The notes: generated from the sequence alone by a model not told the origin. 64,000 nucleotides of DNA from Tubiluchus corallicola (GCA_030141605.1 JAQGDQ010000731.1:42125-106124); one strand, 5' to 3'; positions 46,988-63,115 are shown, counted from the first letter of the stretch. A program made the numbers and translations.

Positions 46988-47086
46988 TTACTTTCTATGA
47001 CTTTATTTGTCGTTGATAAAATACAGTGAATTATTTTTTATTATGACTTTTTTAATTAATTTCAGTTTTAGCAACCAGAAGCCAAC

Positions 47087-48672
<1,586 letters not shown>

Positions 48673-49949
48673 GTACGATGGAAAGTTTAACTCTTAAAGA
48701 AACGATTCTTAAAGTGACTTTAGATGAAATATTTTTTCCCAACTATCATACTTTTTTTCATTGCAGCTTGCATACAAATTGATATACAGCAAGTACGTTT
48801 TGATGACCAATTCAGTGCCATTGTAAATAAGCTGTAAATAATAAACCAATTTTATAATCATTATAAAGAAAGTTTTTAGCTCGGGGGCCCAATTAGATTC
48901 TAAATGAACCAGCAAAATTAGATATTAAATTACATAATGTAAATTCTACTTTGGAATTATCTACAGGAATTCTTACAGGTTAAACAAATCAAGTCCCTGT
49001 CAGCATTTAAAACAAAATTAAAATCACTAATATTAACCAGATATGAAATACCATCACACCAGCACGACAACATACACACTAATTCACAATTTATATATCC
49101 ACGGCCATATTAATTAAATCATAATTTTTTTCATTTTTTGTGCATAGTTGTAAATATGTTTGATTTTATTCGTCGTTATTTTCCATTACTGCACAGTAGT
49201 TTAGATTGCACTGACGCATTTGCCTTTAGCAGTGTAAGTTTTTATTAACTAACACTGATTGATTATCTCTATAAAGTTTTATCAGTGATTATCAATGTAT
49301 TTTAATGGCAAATAAAGATTGTATATATATATATATATATATATAGCATAGCATAGCTGACATTAGCATAGCTCATGGTGAAATCAATCGTTGTAGTGTT
49401 TTGTAATTGTAGTGACATCGTAGCAATAAACGATCTTTTTATAAAGAAAATTCTTTGCTCTGGGGTCCGAGGCAATTACCCTCGATGCCCCCTGTAAATC
49501 CTACTCTGTATGAACCAACAAAGATCGGCATTAGATTATGCGACGTAAATTCCTAAATTTTCATCGAATTTCAAAATTTTTGCATTTTTCTCTTACGAAC
49601 ACGTCTTACGAGGCTTAATATGAAAGATACGTAAAAATAAACATACTTTGGAAACCTATACTTCGAATCAATATACTTACCACTAAGCATCCGTCAGTTT
49701 CCAACCAAATTCATTAACGTTTGAAGAAGTATTCGAAAGTAGAAGTAAATAGTAAGTATTGAAATTCAACCGAGAGTCACACAATAAACATTCTAATTAA
49801 AGCTGTGCATTTCACTTTTATACACTAGCACTGGTCAATCAAGCGTTGCTTTGTTCTTTAATCATTATCTGGGCAGTGAAGGACGTAATTCAATATTCAT
49901 CTTTCTTACTGCTACAATAGTTATAATTACTATTTAATTATGCATTTTA

Positions 49950-50467
49950 AGTTAATGTGTATTTTAAGACCAAAAATTGCATCATTTTATATATTACCTG
50001 TGTACAAATCGACCTTAAAATATTAAGAGCTTCTACAACAAAGAAATGGGGTACTGCATATACAAGGCTAGGGTTACACTGTCGCCTGGCGTTACCACTT
50101 AGCTAAACCCCTTTCAATCTGGGTGTAGGTCAAAAGACAGTCAGTCAAAGGACCACCAGACAAAGGATCACCGATCAAAAGACCACCACAAACAAAGGAT
50201 CACAAAAATGGACTATCAAAATAAAGATTAGCAGACCCACTCAAATGTCAGCCGAAAAACAAGTTGAAATCTGTACATATTTATGTACAAGTCGAATTTT
50301 TGGGAGGCGATTTTAAGGTGAAATTTTGGGGGTCGACTTATACTTATGATATGTGTATTTTCGGATCCTGGCCACAATATCCTAGAGTTAAAGGCGTCAC
50401 AAACAATTATGCGCGATGAAAGGCCAGGCTGCATTATCATGGATTGCATTGAGGCCCCTCAACATGA

Positions 50468-50529
<62 letters not shown>

Positions 50530-50561
50530 ACGCACACGCACGCGCACGCGCGCACGCGCAC

Positions 50562-50612
<51 letters not shown>

Positions 50613-50824
50613 CATCGGGTAGGTATAATATACTCGGCCCAGGCACTTGCACGTATCTTACACACTAACACAGTAGGCTGTTGATTTATTACTCGGCCAT
50701 TGTTGACATCATTTACTCTGGAAGATCTTAATATTTTAAGGTCGACTTGTACACAGGTAATATATAAAATGATGCAATTTTTGGCCTTTAAATGCACATC
50801 AACTTGTACACACGTGTATACGGT
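49950..50824. mobile_element. Inverted ~80-bp arms and Tc1/mariner-type MITE pieces around a (CA)n tract
   Basis: 49950-50035 is the reverse complement of 50720-50803; GTCGACTT motifs; terminus TATACGGTA at 50816-50824. Confidence 0.55.
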
Positions 50825-50998
50825 ACATTCTGCTTTGTGTTGAAATAATTATATTATTTTCTTATTATTTAGTAGATATTTAAAAGCAAATACGCAGCTG
50901 TACAAGCTCTGGTGTGATACAGCAGTTTAATGTTTTCATATTAATATTACAACAGAAACTACATAGGCATTTTCTACGCGTAATTACATTAAATGCAC

Positions 50999-51247
<249 letters not shown>

Positions 51248-52149
51248 GGGTCTGTCTGTCTGTCTGCCTATCTATCCGTGTGTCTGTCTATCTGTCTATA
51301 TATTGTTACATTTTTTAATATTAAGAAAAACGACGTTTTCATTTAAACGATGTTTAAATCTAATCTAAATCTAATCATTGCATTGTAATGAAAATGTAAT
51401 AAAATTTACTGCAGTATTTGCTGCTTCGCAAAACCTTGGATAACGAGACCAGCCGCATTTCAGAGCCATCTATTGTTAAGAAAACTTGGTTAAAAAAACC
51501 CGCAGGCCTGAGAATAGCTCTCCCATGTTAATTTACATACACTGTACCTTACTGTCGACAAATTTATACAATGCTACACTAAACTATACTTATTTGTTAT
51601 GGTGTTACATGAGGCCGGTGGCATTTGCTTCTGGTTTAGTATCACGCTCACGTCTGTAACCTTGCAAGCCCTTGACCATTAGAGCTTGAATCTGAAATTC
51701 ACCAGGCACACTTGTAGAGCAAAAATCTAGAACTATTCAAAGTTATGAATTTATGATGCAGTACGAATATATTGGGGGCCCAGTGTCCTGCTTTGCCCGT
51801 CCGGCACAGACAATGGTGTTAAGACGACCTTGAATATAGTATGAATTACGGTGACGTCTTCAAGAAGTGCTATGTTTAAAACAATGTCGCTTGTAATCAT
51901 GAATTCCACTTGTACAAGCCTGGGGGGGGGGGGGGTGAATAGGGGGTGAATAGGATATTTATCGTCCAAAATATTTCCAAGTTTAACATCGCTGTTCTTA
52001 ATAACCGTGATATATTCGCTTAAGAGCTGAACTGGCTCACTGAAGGGCAAATCCACTAACCTAGCTTTTAGTATATAGAAATTCTGCAGATTTTCAATTA
52101 TATTAAATTTATTTTTATAATTATATATTATATATTATTCAAATATATT

Positions 52150-52543
52150 ATTATAATGTAATGTAATGATATATAATATAATATAATAATGTAATATAAT
52201 GTAATGTAATGTAATATAATATAATATAATATAATATAATATAATATAATATAATATAATATAATATAATATAATATAATATAATATAATATAATATAAT
52301 ATAATATAATATATAATATAATATAATATAATATAATATAATATAATATAATATAATATAATATAATATAATATAATATAATATAATATAATATAATATA
52401 ATATAATATAATATAATATAATATACAGTATATTATATATATATATATATATACATTTATATACAGTACAGTGTAATATAATATAATATATTATATATAT
52501 ATTTATATAATATATATACATATATAATATTATATACTATACA

Positions 52544-52584
<41 letters not shown>

Positions 52585-52700
52585 TGTATTGCACTGTACT
52601 GCACTACACTACACTACACTACACTACACTACACTACACTACACTACACTAAACTACAGTACACTACAGCACACTACACTATACATTATATTATATCATA
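52150..52700. repeat. (ATAAT)n, (TA)n and (CACTA)n simple repeats
   Basis: Directly visible. Confidence 0.95.
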
Positions 52701-53079
52701 TTACATTATAATATATTCTATTATCTATATATTAATTTTCTATTATAACTAACTAACGCAAATATTCTTGTACATTATTACGAACAAATATTAATCAATT
52801 GCACTGTTAAAATATGTAATATATGATACAGCGTGCTCTACGATGTCACCAAATCACATAGCAGAGACAAGCAAGGTATAAACATGTATGAGGATTGGAT
52901 AGATGGCGCGTGTGAGGTGGAATTAATAGTAGAAGCAAGTGTAGATGTACTTGAATTGAATGATACTCCTCTGTTTAATTGAAAAATAATAGTGATATGA
53001 GAACATTAGACCATGTTGTGCTGTATGATTGTGAATTGTTGAAACTTGAAAGGAATAAAACTTTCTAAACATTTATGAC

Positions 53080-53362
53080 ATTAATAAGTTCCAAACTGCC
53101 CTTTTCATGTACAAATTCTCTCATAAATTACTGCCTCCCTTATTTACTGATTACTTTTTGTTTGAATGCTGAGATACATAATTACGGCACACGTTATAGA
53201 CTGAACTATCACAACATACAGTGCAATAAAAATGTTAGAAATTTTTTTATTAAATACAATGGCCTTTACATATGGAATTCAATTGCTCCAGCTATTAAAA
53301 ATGCCAACTCGCTGTCCATATTTAAAAAAAAATTATAAATTAAACTTACTTGAAACATATAA
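53080..53362 (+). mobile_element. CR1/L2-type LINE 3' end fragment
   Basis: NAEIHNYGTR..FFIKYNGLYIWNSIAPAIKNANSLSIFKKKL matches the typical HxYxTR..G..WNxLP..FKxxL ORF2 terminus. Confidence 0.75.
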
Positions 53363-53447
53363 CTGATCACTCAATCATGATTTGTTGTTTTTCATTTTCA
53401 AAAACTTCCCCTCTAGTATAATAATATTTTTATTACTTCCCACCCGT

Positions 53448-53815
53448 ATTTATATCTGTATATATTGTAATATTGTATCTGTATATATTGTAATAGTGTA
53501 TCTGCATATACTGTAATATTGTATTTGTATATATTGTAATAGTGTATCTGCATATACTGTAATAGTGTATCTGCATATATTGTAATAGTGTATTTGTATA
53601 TATTGTAATAGTGTATCTGCATATATTGTAATAGTGTATCTGCATATACTGTAATAGTGTATCTGCATATATTGTAATAGTGTATTTGTATATATTGATA
53701 TAGTGTATCTGCATATACTGTAATATTGTATCTGTATATATTGTAATAGTGTATCTGTATATATTGTAATAGTGTATCTGTATATATTGTAATAGTGTAT
53801 CTGTATATATTGTAA
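53448..53815. repeat. 23-bp minisatellite, about 16 copies
   Basis: Unit tatattgtaatagtgtatctgca. Confidence 0.93.
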
Positions 53816-54764
53816 TTTTTTCGTAACTAATTCTAGTGGCCTACAAGCTAGCTTCTTAGGTCTCTAGCGCAAAATTCACGAATTGTATCATATTTTTGTA
53901 TGAACAAAAACTGATAATCGATGCACATGTGATGTATATTTATACGTTTATTGCGAAATAAATCTTTTTTATTGCGTAAAAAAAATAATATACATTGGAA
54001 TGAGAACGAAAGATCAGCTGGGCTTTTGTTTTGTAATGGTATAAAATAAGAGGAATTTCCCTGGATAAAACTTTGAAAAAAGACGACAGTCAGCAAAGAA
54101 GAATAAATGGAATGGGTGCTACTGTAAATGAACTTAAACGAGTGGCGACATCTTCCGGGCCGTTAAAAAAGGTTTTGAGACGTAAAGATGTAGATGCAGA
54201 TGAAACAGCTTGTGTTGTGTTAGCATTTTGTGCAATAGACATGAACATATTTATTTATATTTCATTGCTTGGTTTGTTTTGCAGCTTTTGGAAATTTACA
54301 TTGTGAGCAGCCATATTTTATTTGTGACCTGCAAATGGCGAGGTCCTTCTGTTTCTCACGAACTAATGAAATATTGTCTTAAGGATTATTCTTTGGTTCT
54401 CAGTAATGTGTGCATTGAAATAAAAATAATCATTTCTTTTACTCGTAATAGGTGGCGCCAGCGTGCAGCGCATCTTCTCATTTCCAAGACGTAATCCGGA
54501 TACTGTGTGTGTGTGTGTGTGTGTGCGCGCGTGCGTGCGTGCGTGCGAGAGTGCGTGCGTGTGTGTGTGTGCGTGTGCGTGTGTGTGTTTAGCTTTAATC
54601 AAGCTAAAACAGTAAATTTGAATAATATAGATCACTGTATACTTTTATTAAATATTACGCAATCTACATTGTTTTTCTTTAGTACTAGTACCTCGTGTTA
54701 CCCTATTGTTTTGTTTTAAATTGTGTATCGTTTGACTTGGCAGTCGTTAACGTATATAAATATA

Positions 54765-55242
54765 CAGTGGCCGCCGCTTATTATGGACACGGTTATTGTG
54801 GACAGCCGGTTATTGTGGACAACTCGCGAGGGACGGAATTTTCCCCTAATAAAATCCGCCGGTTAATATGGACAACCGCCGCTTAATATGGACAGCGAAC
54901 ATTCTTGGCACGTGAACCAGCCGTGCGTGATTGAAAAGAGCTTCCCGCTCTGCTGCCTGTGTGAGTCATTGCATCAGTCAGTTCGACGTTTGCCGTGGCC
55001 TTGAGAGCTTCGAAACTGTGATAACTTCCTTCCGTTCAAGGTTGAGAGAAAAGTTTCCTGCCAAACAAACTCGTCTGACTTCTTTTTTTCAATAAAACAG
55101 GAGACGAGTTGATACAGACAGTTTTTTGCCTTTTTTAATGAAGGGGAAGGGTCTTCATGGGTCACTTCGCTTAATATGGACAGCCGCTTAATATGGACAT
55201 ACACTGCTGGCCCGAGGTGTTCACAATAAGCGGCGGCCACTG
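54765..55242. mobile_element. Tc1/mariner (pogo/Tigger-like) MITE
   Basis: TA|CAGTGGCCGCCGCTTATT ... AATAAGCGGCGGCCACTG|TA: perfect 18-bp TIRs and TA TSD. Confidence 0.9.
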
Positions 55243-55338
55243 TATATACATATAATGCGATTACCGTCAAGTATGCAATTTTCTCATGTGAACATCTTAT
55301 AAATTCTTGCGTTGTGTAAGGTATGTGTAAGGTACATT

Positions 55339-55865
55339 TTTGTTGGCATCCTTCTGTCTCGGAAGACAATGGAGTGTGCGCCAAGAGAGACAGTTATTGA
55401 TCACTTTGATGGAGCTGCAGCGTCGACTGTGCCTGAGCAATGCGATCCTTGAACGTCTCCAGGGCGCACGCCTGGGCAAGGTGTATGGAGATCCTGATTT
55501 GCCCAGACAACAGGAACCCCCTCTTTTCCTCCCTGGTGTAGTCCAAAGGAAAGCGGAGCGATACGTTTGGCACCAGGTTGGTTGTAGGAGCTGCCGGAGT
55601 CAGTGAACATGCTGCACTGGTCCGCCTTCGGAGCTCCACTCCTGATTTGGAAGGTTTACTCCTCTACACTTGATCTCCTCTGCCCTCTAGCCGTTGGCTG
55701 CTTGTGCAGCTCCTCCGCCTACTGTCGAGATACAGTGTGGGCATCACTCAAACCTACAGCACCTGGTATTCCTAGGCATCCATCCAAGCACTAACCAAGG
55801 TCTACGTTGCATAACTTCGGTGATCAGACGAGAACCGGTGTTTTCAACGTCATTTGGCCGTAGTC
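55339..55865 (-). mobile_element. 5S rRNA-derived SINE (SINE3-like) with probable RTE-type 3' tail
   Basis: 5S head (55865-55751), GC-rich body, tail ..ctccattgtcttccgagacagaaggatgccaacaa; possible TSD TACATT (55333-55338 / 55866-55871). Confidence 0.65.
55751..55865 (-). pseudogene. 5S rRNA-derived sequence (SINE head or pseudogene)
   Basis: Reverse complement gactacggccaaatgacgttgaaaacaccggttctcgtctgatcaccgaagttatgcaacg..ggaataccaggtgctgtaggtt is recognisably 5S, with a small deletion at box C and no T4 terminator. Confidence 0.9.
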
Positions 55866-55928
55866 TACATTATGTAAATGAATATGTGATGCTGGAAGAA
55901 CCAGGTATGCCAAGTTCACATGTGTGTG

Positions 55929-55975
<47 letters not shown>

Positions 55976-56675
55976 CGCCATCTCTTGTCAATTTATGTAA
56001 CTTTAACCCAGTACTTACAACTATTAATTTTTGCTCTTACTGTTGTTAGGAGAAACACACATAATAATGCCAGAAAAAGTTTAAGCTGTTTCTTCCCATG
56101 TAAAGGATTAATGATTTTCTCTTTTGTTTTTTGAACTATCATTGCTTACATTACTAGTACTGCTTATCATACATGCATAAATAAATGTCCACGTAAATAA
56201 AATGTCTTGACACATGAAGATAGATGCCATTTCTTTGTGATTTGTCGGGAAAACGTCCATTATACATCTCTCATGAATTATACAGAGTAAATATACATCT
56301 CTCATGATCACCGTTCGCGACAGCAATAATGTAGTGATCATAGCGTCCACTTGTAAACAAAGAGTTCCTGGTTCAAATGCAGGCTGTACCCCTAGAATTT
56401 TCTTTCAGGCGAGTTTGGTTTCGAAATTTAACAATGCTAAGTTTATTTTATAACAATAATGAGAGAGAGAGAAAGAGTTTGCTTGGCGGCCATGATCAAC
56501 GTATCAAAACTATACTATACACTATACTACAGTCACGTAGACATACAGTTATGGTTGTTGATTGTTTAGAACTGAAATACCTGAAGTACTGAAATGTTAG
56601 CTAGACCTACTATTGGGCTCCTGTGCTAGACCTACTACTGCGCTACTGTACTACGTTTCTAATTCTGAGAACACT

Positions 56676-56790
56676 GATTGGCTAAAGACTTCACCCTTTC
56701 TTATTAAAATAGACCCGTCCGAAACCATTTGGGGTATAAAAGACCTGGACAACTGAGATACAGTCTCCTTAGTTTTTGAGCGACGTAAGT
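56676..56790 (+). promoter_or_regulatory. Candidate Pol II promoter of the two-finger gene
   Basis: Reverse CCAAT (ATTGG, ~56678), TATAAAAG at 56735-56742, Inr-like CAGT at 56761, then donor GTAAGT at 56785. Confidence 0.5.
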
Positions 56791-57201
56791 AGATTGTGTG
56801 AACTTGTTTAATATCTTGTAATGAATATCATTTATTTTTCTAATTTAGTTTAGCTATTGTGTATTGTTGAGTATTGTGCATATCTTAAGTGATCTTTATA
56901 ATTCTTAATGAGTGCTGTAATGCACTTTTAATCGTGAAAATATCCAAGGTAAGAAAATGTTTTTTTTAAATTTTCAACATGGCAGACACGTGCATCTATG
57001 TGAGTATGTACCTATGCGGCTTTAGTTTTTTTGCTAATTCTTTGATATTTAGATATCTTTATATATATTTTGATATATATATATATAATTTTGATAATAT
57101 ATATTATAAAATATTTGATAAAAGTGACTATTCATAATATATTATTCCCTAATTGCTACAGGAAGCTTTTAGTTTCAATTTTAATTTGATTCTAAATATT
57201 A

Positions 57202-57679
57202 TAGGGCCTAATTTTACAAATTCAAGTGCGAAGTCCGTAACTGACGTGTCCGCATCCGCAAACCGCGGATTGACTGAAATTTGAATATTAGCGTCACATA
57301 ATCCGTAAAATATAAGCAAAAACTACTTCAAGCAAAATTGCCGTATGTGTGCCATATTGTGTTAAAACCGCTTTCTGTATGAAGTTATAATCACTATTCA
57401 ATAATAAATTAAGAGGCCAGACCAAGTAAAGCAATTTTGCCCGACATAAACCATAAAATGTTGGAGCAAAAAACTATAATATTTGTAATTGTAAGGAATG
57501 TTTTGCGTCGAAAAGTTTCCTTGCGTGGTTTTTGCGCGCTGAAATTCCGCGTAAAATCCCAATCTGACATTAAAAATCCGCATATCTGCAAATGATACCC
57601 TATTCTTAAACCGCAGTTTCACATAATCAGTGCGGACACCGCATCCGTATACTGCAAAACGGCTATCCGCCCATCTCTA
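57202..57679. mobile_element. hAT-like MITE
   Basis: Right terminus ..ATCCGCCCATCTCTA; repeated ATCCG/CGGA subterminal motifs; left end uncertain. Confidence 0.45.
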
Positions 57680-59793
57680 CTGCATGTAAAATTTAAGGCT
57701 GATTTTCGAAAAATATAAACGAATAGGCCCACAACTTGTTCCATTTTTAACCCACTTATACTATTACGAATTTTATAATTTCTTTCTTCGCATCTTATAC
57801 TGTTATTTCCGTTATGCTGAACATCAGTGTGTTTAGTCAATAATAAAGTTTTTTACTTTTGATCCATTTGTGGCAAATTTAAACTAACACTAGACAAATC
57901 TGCGTTAATTCATTTTGCAATAGAAGTAAATGCAGTGCTAAGACAGGCATTAATTTATTTCCTTGTTATACACGTTAAGAAAATTTAACTAACAATTTAG
58001 TACTTTTTGCTGTTTTAATTGCAGCCAAAACTTTGCTTAAATTATTTATATCTTCAAAAATGTTCAAATGTAAACAACTGTTTTTCCTGCGCATGAGCAG
58101 TAGACGTTTAGAGTTCAAGAGTTTATGATTTTGATTGGCGCATCTGAATCGCAAATTTTTATTGCTGTTGTAGCATTTCGGCCAGTTTTTGTCCTTTATA
58201 ATTAGTTCAGTATTTCTGTATATTTGACTCTGTTTGCTTTGACCTTTCTCACCACACTTCAACTTCTTTACATGAAAAGTACGTCGCTTAAGAATAGAAA
58301 TGAATAAAAATTCGACAGCCAGTGACCCAGAAACATTTGTACAGGGTGCTGCAAAAGAAACGGCGTAGTAAAAATATTCTAACAAGCTGAAATGGGCTGA
58401 TCAAATAACACGGAAGCCTGTTTGTCCACGTGTGCGAAATAAAAATGATTCTATATCTATTGTTTGACTGTCTTTGGTTAAAATCGAGAGATAAATATTT
58501 ACCACAGTAACTGCTCAAAGTGTTACTTATGAAAGACTAGTTATAAATCTACGATTTGACGATTTTTTATTAAAATTTTTACCTCCACCCTGTGAAGCAA
58601 ATATGACTTATCAGCTGGCTTCATACTGAGTCTGGTAAATAAATTTTCAGTGTCATAAGGAAGCCAATCTTCATGCTGTAGAAAAAACAGCACAGTTAAA
58701 AATGTTGCTGTTCATATTTAAATTACGCGTTTATGATTGAACTCTCAAATGGCTGTTTAAGATAAGTGTTGATTTTTGTAAGCAAATTAAGTAGCCCTTG
58801 ATGTGTTTGTACTTTTCGTTATCAGTGACACGTCTGCCAAAAAAACGAAAATTTGCCACCAAGATAAATGATCTCCGCAGACGAAGTTAAGCAACATAAA
58901 GCCCGGTTAATAAATGAATAGTGACTACTGAATGACTAATGAATAACGACTCGTTGTACACTTACCTATAAATGTGTGCCTTTTGAGGAATCATGGGTAC
59001 GCATTCTGACTAGCCACAAGTTTGTTCATTAAAGTATCCACTGACTTTGAATACTGGCAGACAGCTTGCTAAATTCAGGACTGTACATTCTCATCAGAGC
59101 TGCTATAATATTATGAGAAAGTTAACTTTTAATGCACGTAATTAAAAATTGCCATTTTTTCAGATCCAAACTTTGTCTTTCTTTCAAATTTTAAATTACC
59201 AAGATAGTAATTAAGTACACACTTTTAAATGTAAATTTTATACTACTTTTACTACTACTGCCACCACCAGAAGTACTATGATATTATATTGGTGTACATT
59301 TTTTTCAGATTAAGCATTCCATTCTAAGATTGCTAACTACTAGTGTTTATTTGTTTATCAAGCTTTCTTCATCAAGCCTTCGTATTCGTTATTACTTATT
59401 TTGACCCTGTATATTAACATTAGAGCTGCTATAACATTATAAGAAAGTTAACGTTTATTGCATGTAATTAAAAGTTGTTATGTTTTTCAGATACGTTATT
59501 TAGCTGAGATATTAAATTGGTAAGTTTGACTATTTTCTTGTTGAATTTTTAAATTTTAAATGACCCTACTGTCCGTGTGTCTGTTCGTCCACTGTCCACA
59601 ATAGGTTTTTCTCTTGTATTTCTGTACCAAATGAATGGATCGTCATGAAACTCGTGCGATTCGAACTCTAGATCCTGTGCAGTTAGAATCTTGACATTGT
59701 TAAAATGGTTTTAGCTGACCGAGCCGTAAATAACACTTCATTTTTTTGCTTATTTTAGATTGAAGAGTCACGATTTTCTTCAAAATTTTTGCA

Positions 59794-62700
59794 ATGCCTA
59801 AGCGGTAAGTAATGAAAATTTGCTTTTTAGCCAGAAAACCTTTCCATTTACTTTTTTATTTTCTGCATATGTACCGTTGTCCAAACATACAGAAATATTT
59901 TTCTGCTGTTAATAGTCTCGTGTGGTGTGACATTATGATTTATTTATATAACTTTTTACAGGATCATCTTACAATCTATTTTTGAAACATTTTAAGTTAA
60001 CAAGCCAGCCCCACGTCTGTTGTGTTTGCAATCATTAAAAATTTCTACATTCTCAATAACCTGAAGAACTTTGCTGCCAGTAAACAGAACATCGTTTTTC
60101 TTGCAACAAAACTTTAAACAATATAATATATTTTGTGTTATTATAGTGATAAAAAGTGAAATCAAATTTACTACATACCCTTAGTTTACACAATAACTTA
60201 ATAACTTATTTCTTTTATCATAGACTGTATATATGTATTCTCTTATAATATTACTGTCTTGTATTAGCCGCTGTTGTTTACTTTTACTGTTAAACTAGTA
60301 AAATGAAATGACGTTTTTCTTCTTTTTTCAGATGTCATTGGTACGCCCAGTGTGGGGGACGGGGCAACATCAACCCCCGGTATGCCACGCACAGGTCTAC
60401 GTCTGCCTGTGCGTGGAGGTACCAGGAGCAGCGACGACGCGAGCTCCAGGCAGGGGTGGTGGCTCGGCCACCCCTGGAAGAACGCCAGAGCAAGCCAAAG
60501 CCAGTGTAAGTAGACACGATTATAATTACAAATTAGCTTTTTCAGTAGAACCGTTCGTTTCGCCACCTCGTGGCTATAGTTTTCGTTTTTGTTTACTTTA
60601 CACAAAACTTTACCGTTTTGTCTTTGTGAAGCAAACAATGCATAATAAATTAACAGCTAGCTTATTACAATCATTTCATGGAGTTTTCATATCGTCTTAA
60701 TCGAGACAAACTGGAACGTTGTTTCTGAGCATTTCATTCCATCCGAGATATTGCTGATTTTTCGATAGTTAATTATTGTACCAAGAGGAAAAAATGATCA
60801 TAGCAAATGACGTCAACAATCATTTAAAGTTACGTCGCTGTTTTTTTGTATCGTACTATAATGATAATGATAAGAATGATGATGACGATGATGCTAATGA
60901 TGCTGATGATGATAATGATGGTGATGATGACGATGGTGATAATGATGGTGATGATGGTGATGATGATAATGATGGTGATGATGATGATGGTGGTGATGGT
61001 GATGATGTTGGTGATGGTACTGGTAATCATTTAGAGAGAGATGGGAGAGAGAGATAGAGAGATTGAAGGAAGAAGGAGAAGCGAATGTCATAGTCACCAG
61101 GAAACATGATGACCTAGTGGTTATGAAATTGTTTTTATAATTCAAATGTCTCTGTTTCAAATTCAGGCTGAGTTCAAGCTATTTACTTTCTTGTCTTCGG
61201 GAGTTTAATGTGTATCAACATTCATAATAATTGTGGTTTTCTACCGTCATAGCAAATCTTTTACTGTGTTGGTTGCAGTAGTTCATTTAGCTGCTGAAAG
61301 AGACGGTTTGCTAAATTCTGCTGTTTCTTAATTGAGCACAAAATTTACTCGAGTAGTTGTGAACCGTAACTGAACAACTGACCTACCAACTTTGAGCAAT
61401 TTTCGTCCAAGAACTCATGGGTAACTTGAATATGACTTAACATATTTTTGGTTAAAACGTTTTAGACATGAATAATCTGTGGCTATATAAATAATAATAA
61501 TTATAATTGTCCTTAACAATGTTTAGACACTAATAGTCCAATGATAACAGCTTATTTTCAAAGGAGTCTTGATAGAACCCGGTTGGCAGAACGAGCGGTA
61601 ATTAAATCTTTACTCTTACGTGTCAGGAATTGAACCCGCGACCTCCAGGGTGGAAAACGAACACACGACAATTGAGCTAACCCCCGAAATTTTTGCTCTT
61701 GAGTAACGCATAGCAACAAAATATTTGTTGTTTCTTTTCAGTTAGATCTGCAAATTTGTGCTTTCAACACTAGAAAATTGATATTTCATTTATTTTTCTT
61801 TCCATTTGAAGATGTCCAATATGTCAGCTTGTGTGTCAATGTTTATAATAAACCTACCAGAGTTGAACTTGTGCGTTAAGAGGATTGATCAGTTTTTCAA
61901 ACACGTGCTTAACAAATTGCCAGCAAATAGGAATCATTTAGTTCCAACAATTTCTCATGTAGTTTTATTAACTTCTTAAACATGCAGATTTTCCAGAGAT
62001 TTTTTTTGAGAATAGTTTGATTCAATATCGTTTTTTGCTTTTGTAAAAGAGCTGTGGAAAAATTGGGATACGCAATCCCGATTTTACACCACAAATAGGA
62101 GTCAATTAGTTCCAACAAATTTCTCATGTTGTTTTATTAAATTTGTTTATCCATAAAATTATTAAACCGGAAGTGCATCTTCCCATCATATAATTTTTGA
62201 GTCTTTTTTTTTGAAGTTTGGCAAAATGACAGTACGTTTTGTAGAAAAATGAAAATGATTTTTGTCTCTTTTAGGCGAAGGTGCCCAAATTATGATTCTT
62301 GTGGTGGGCAGGGCAATGTCATTGAGGGTCGGGGCCGGCACTACGTTATGGCGAATTGTCCATTTGAGCTGGAGGCGGTGCCTGTCCCGGCCCTGCGTGT
62401 GACCAGGTAAGCGGATTTTTTTATAATTTAAACCTGACAAAAAGGAAATCTTAATTTTACTTACAAAGTTAGAACTGAGTTTCAACCCTTGAATTTCAAC
62501 TTTTTATTATTATGTATGAAAGCTGGTTAAACTTTGTCTTTAAACGTGTTAAAGGCCTAATGCAGGGCTAATATGCAAAAACATGCTGTTAGACATCTTT
62601 AAGAAATGACAAAATTTAGCGGAAGAAACTTTTGTTTACTAATAATGACTGGCATTATAGACTAGCAAAGGCATTGCAACTTGTCAGTTTAACAGTACAA

Positions 62701-63115
62701 ATGCTAGCTCCCAATGTTCAGTAATGCACAAACGTCTTTATGCTGAAACAGTGAATGGACGTTATTAACGTATTAACTGATACTTTACGTAGGTTTTATA
62801 TGACTTATTAACGCGCCAAATGTCAGCATAATAATCGGCCCACGTGACGACGCAAATAGCCACCAAAGTAGTTTTCATTTTGTAATGAGTTATACAGCAT
62901 CTCCCCGATGACACCCCACCCCCAATTTTATTGAAAAAATGTAGAAGGCCATATTAACGACTTTTTAGAGGCTTACATGTTTGCTAAACAAGGATTTATT
63001 TTTCAGAGCTTATCCAACTGGAGTGGGGCGACCGATGCCTGTTCGTCGGGTGCGGCCCGCGAATTTCCGGCCGCACCCCTATGCTCGACGGCGGATTGCA
63101 ATTGCTGCTGTTGAG
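59794..63115 (+). CDS. Small protein with two variant C2HC (MyT1-like) zinc fingers
   Basis: Phase-consistent GT-AG exons 59794-59804 (MPKR), 60332-60505 (CHWYAQCGGRGNINPRYATHRSTSAC..), 62275-62406 (CPNYDSCGGQGNVIEGRGRHYVMANCPF..), 63007-63115 (..RRVRPANFRPHPYARRR..) = 142 codons. Ends at TAG 63122-63124 or via exon 63304-63342. Exons are GC-rich islands in AT-rich DNA. Confidence 0.8.
60858..61018. repeat. (GAT/GGT)n microsatellite
   Basis: Directly visible; intronic. Confidence 0.93.
61621..61684 (-). mobile_element. tRNA-derived SINE head or tRNA pseudogene
   Basis: Reverse complement ggggttagctcaattg..ggaggtcgcgggttcaattcctgac has A and B boxes but no complete cloverleaf. Confidence 0.55.

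Noticed and set aside
55751-55865. Functional 5S rRNA gene
   Set aside because: Deletion in the box C region, stem mismatches, no T4 terminator and not in a tandem array.
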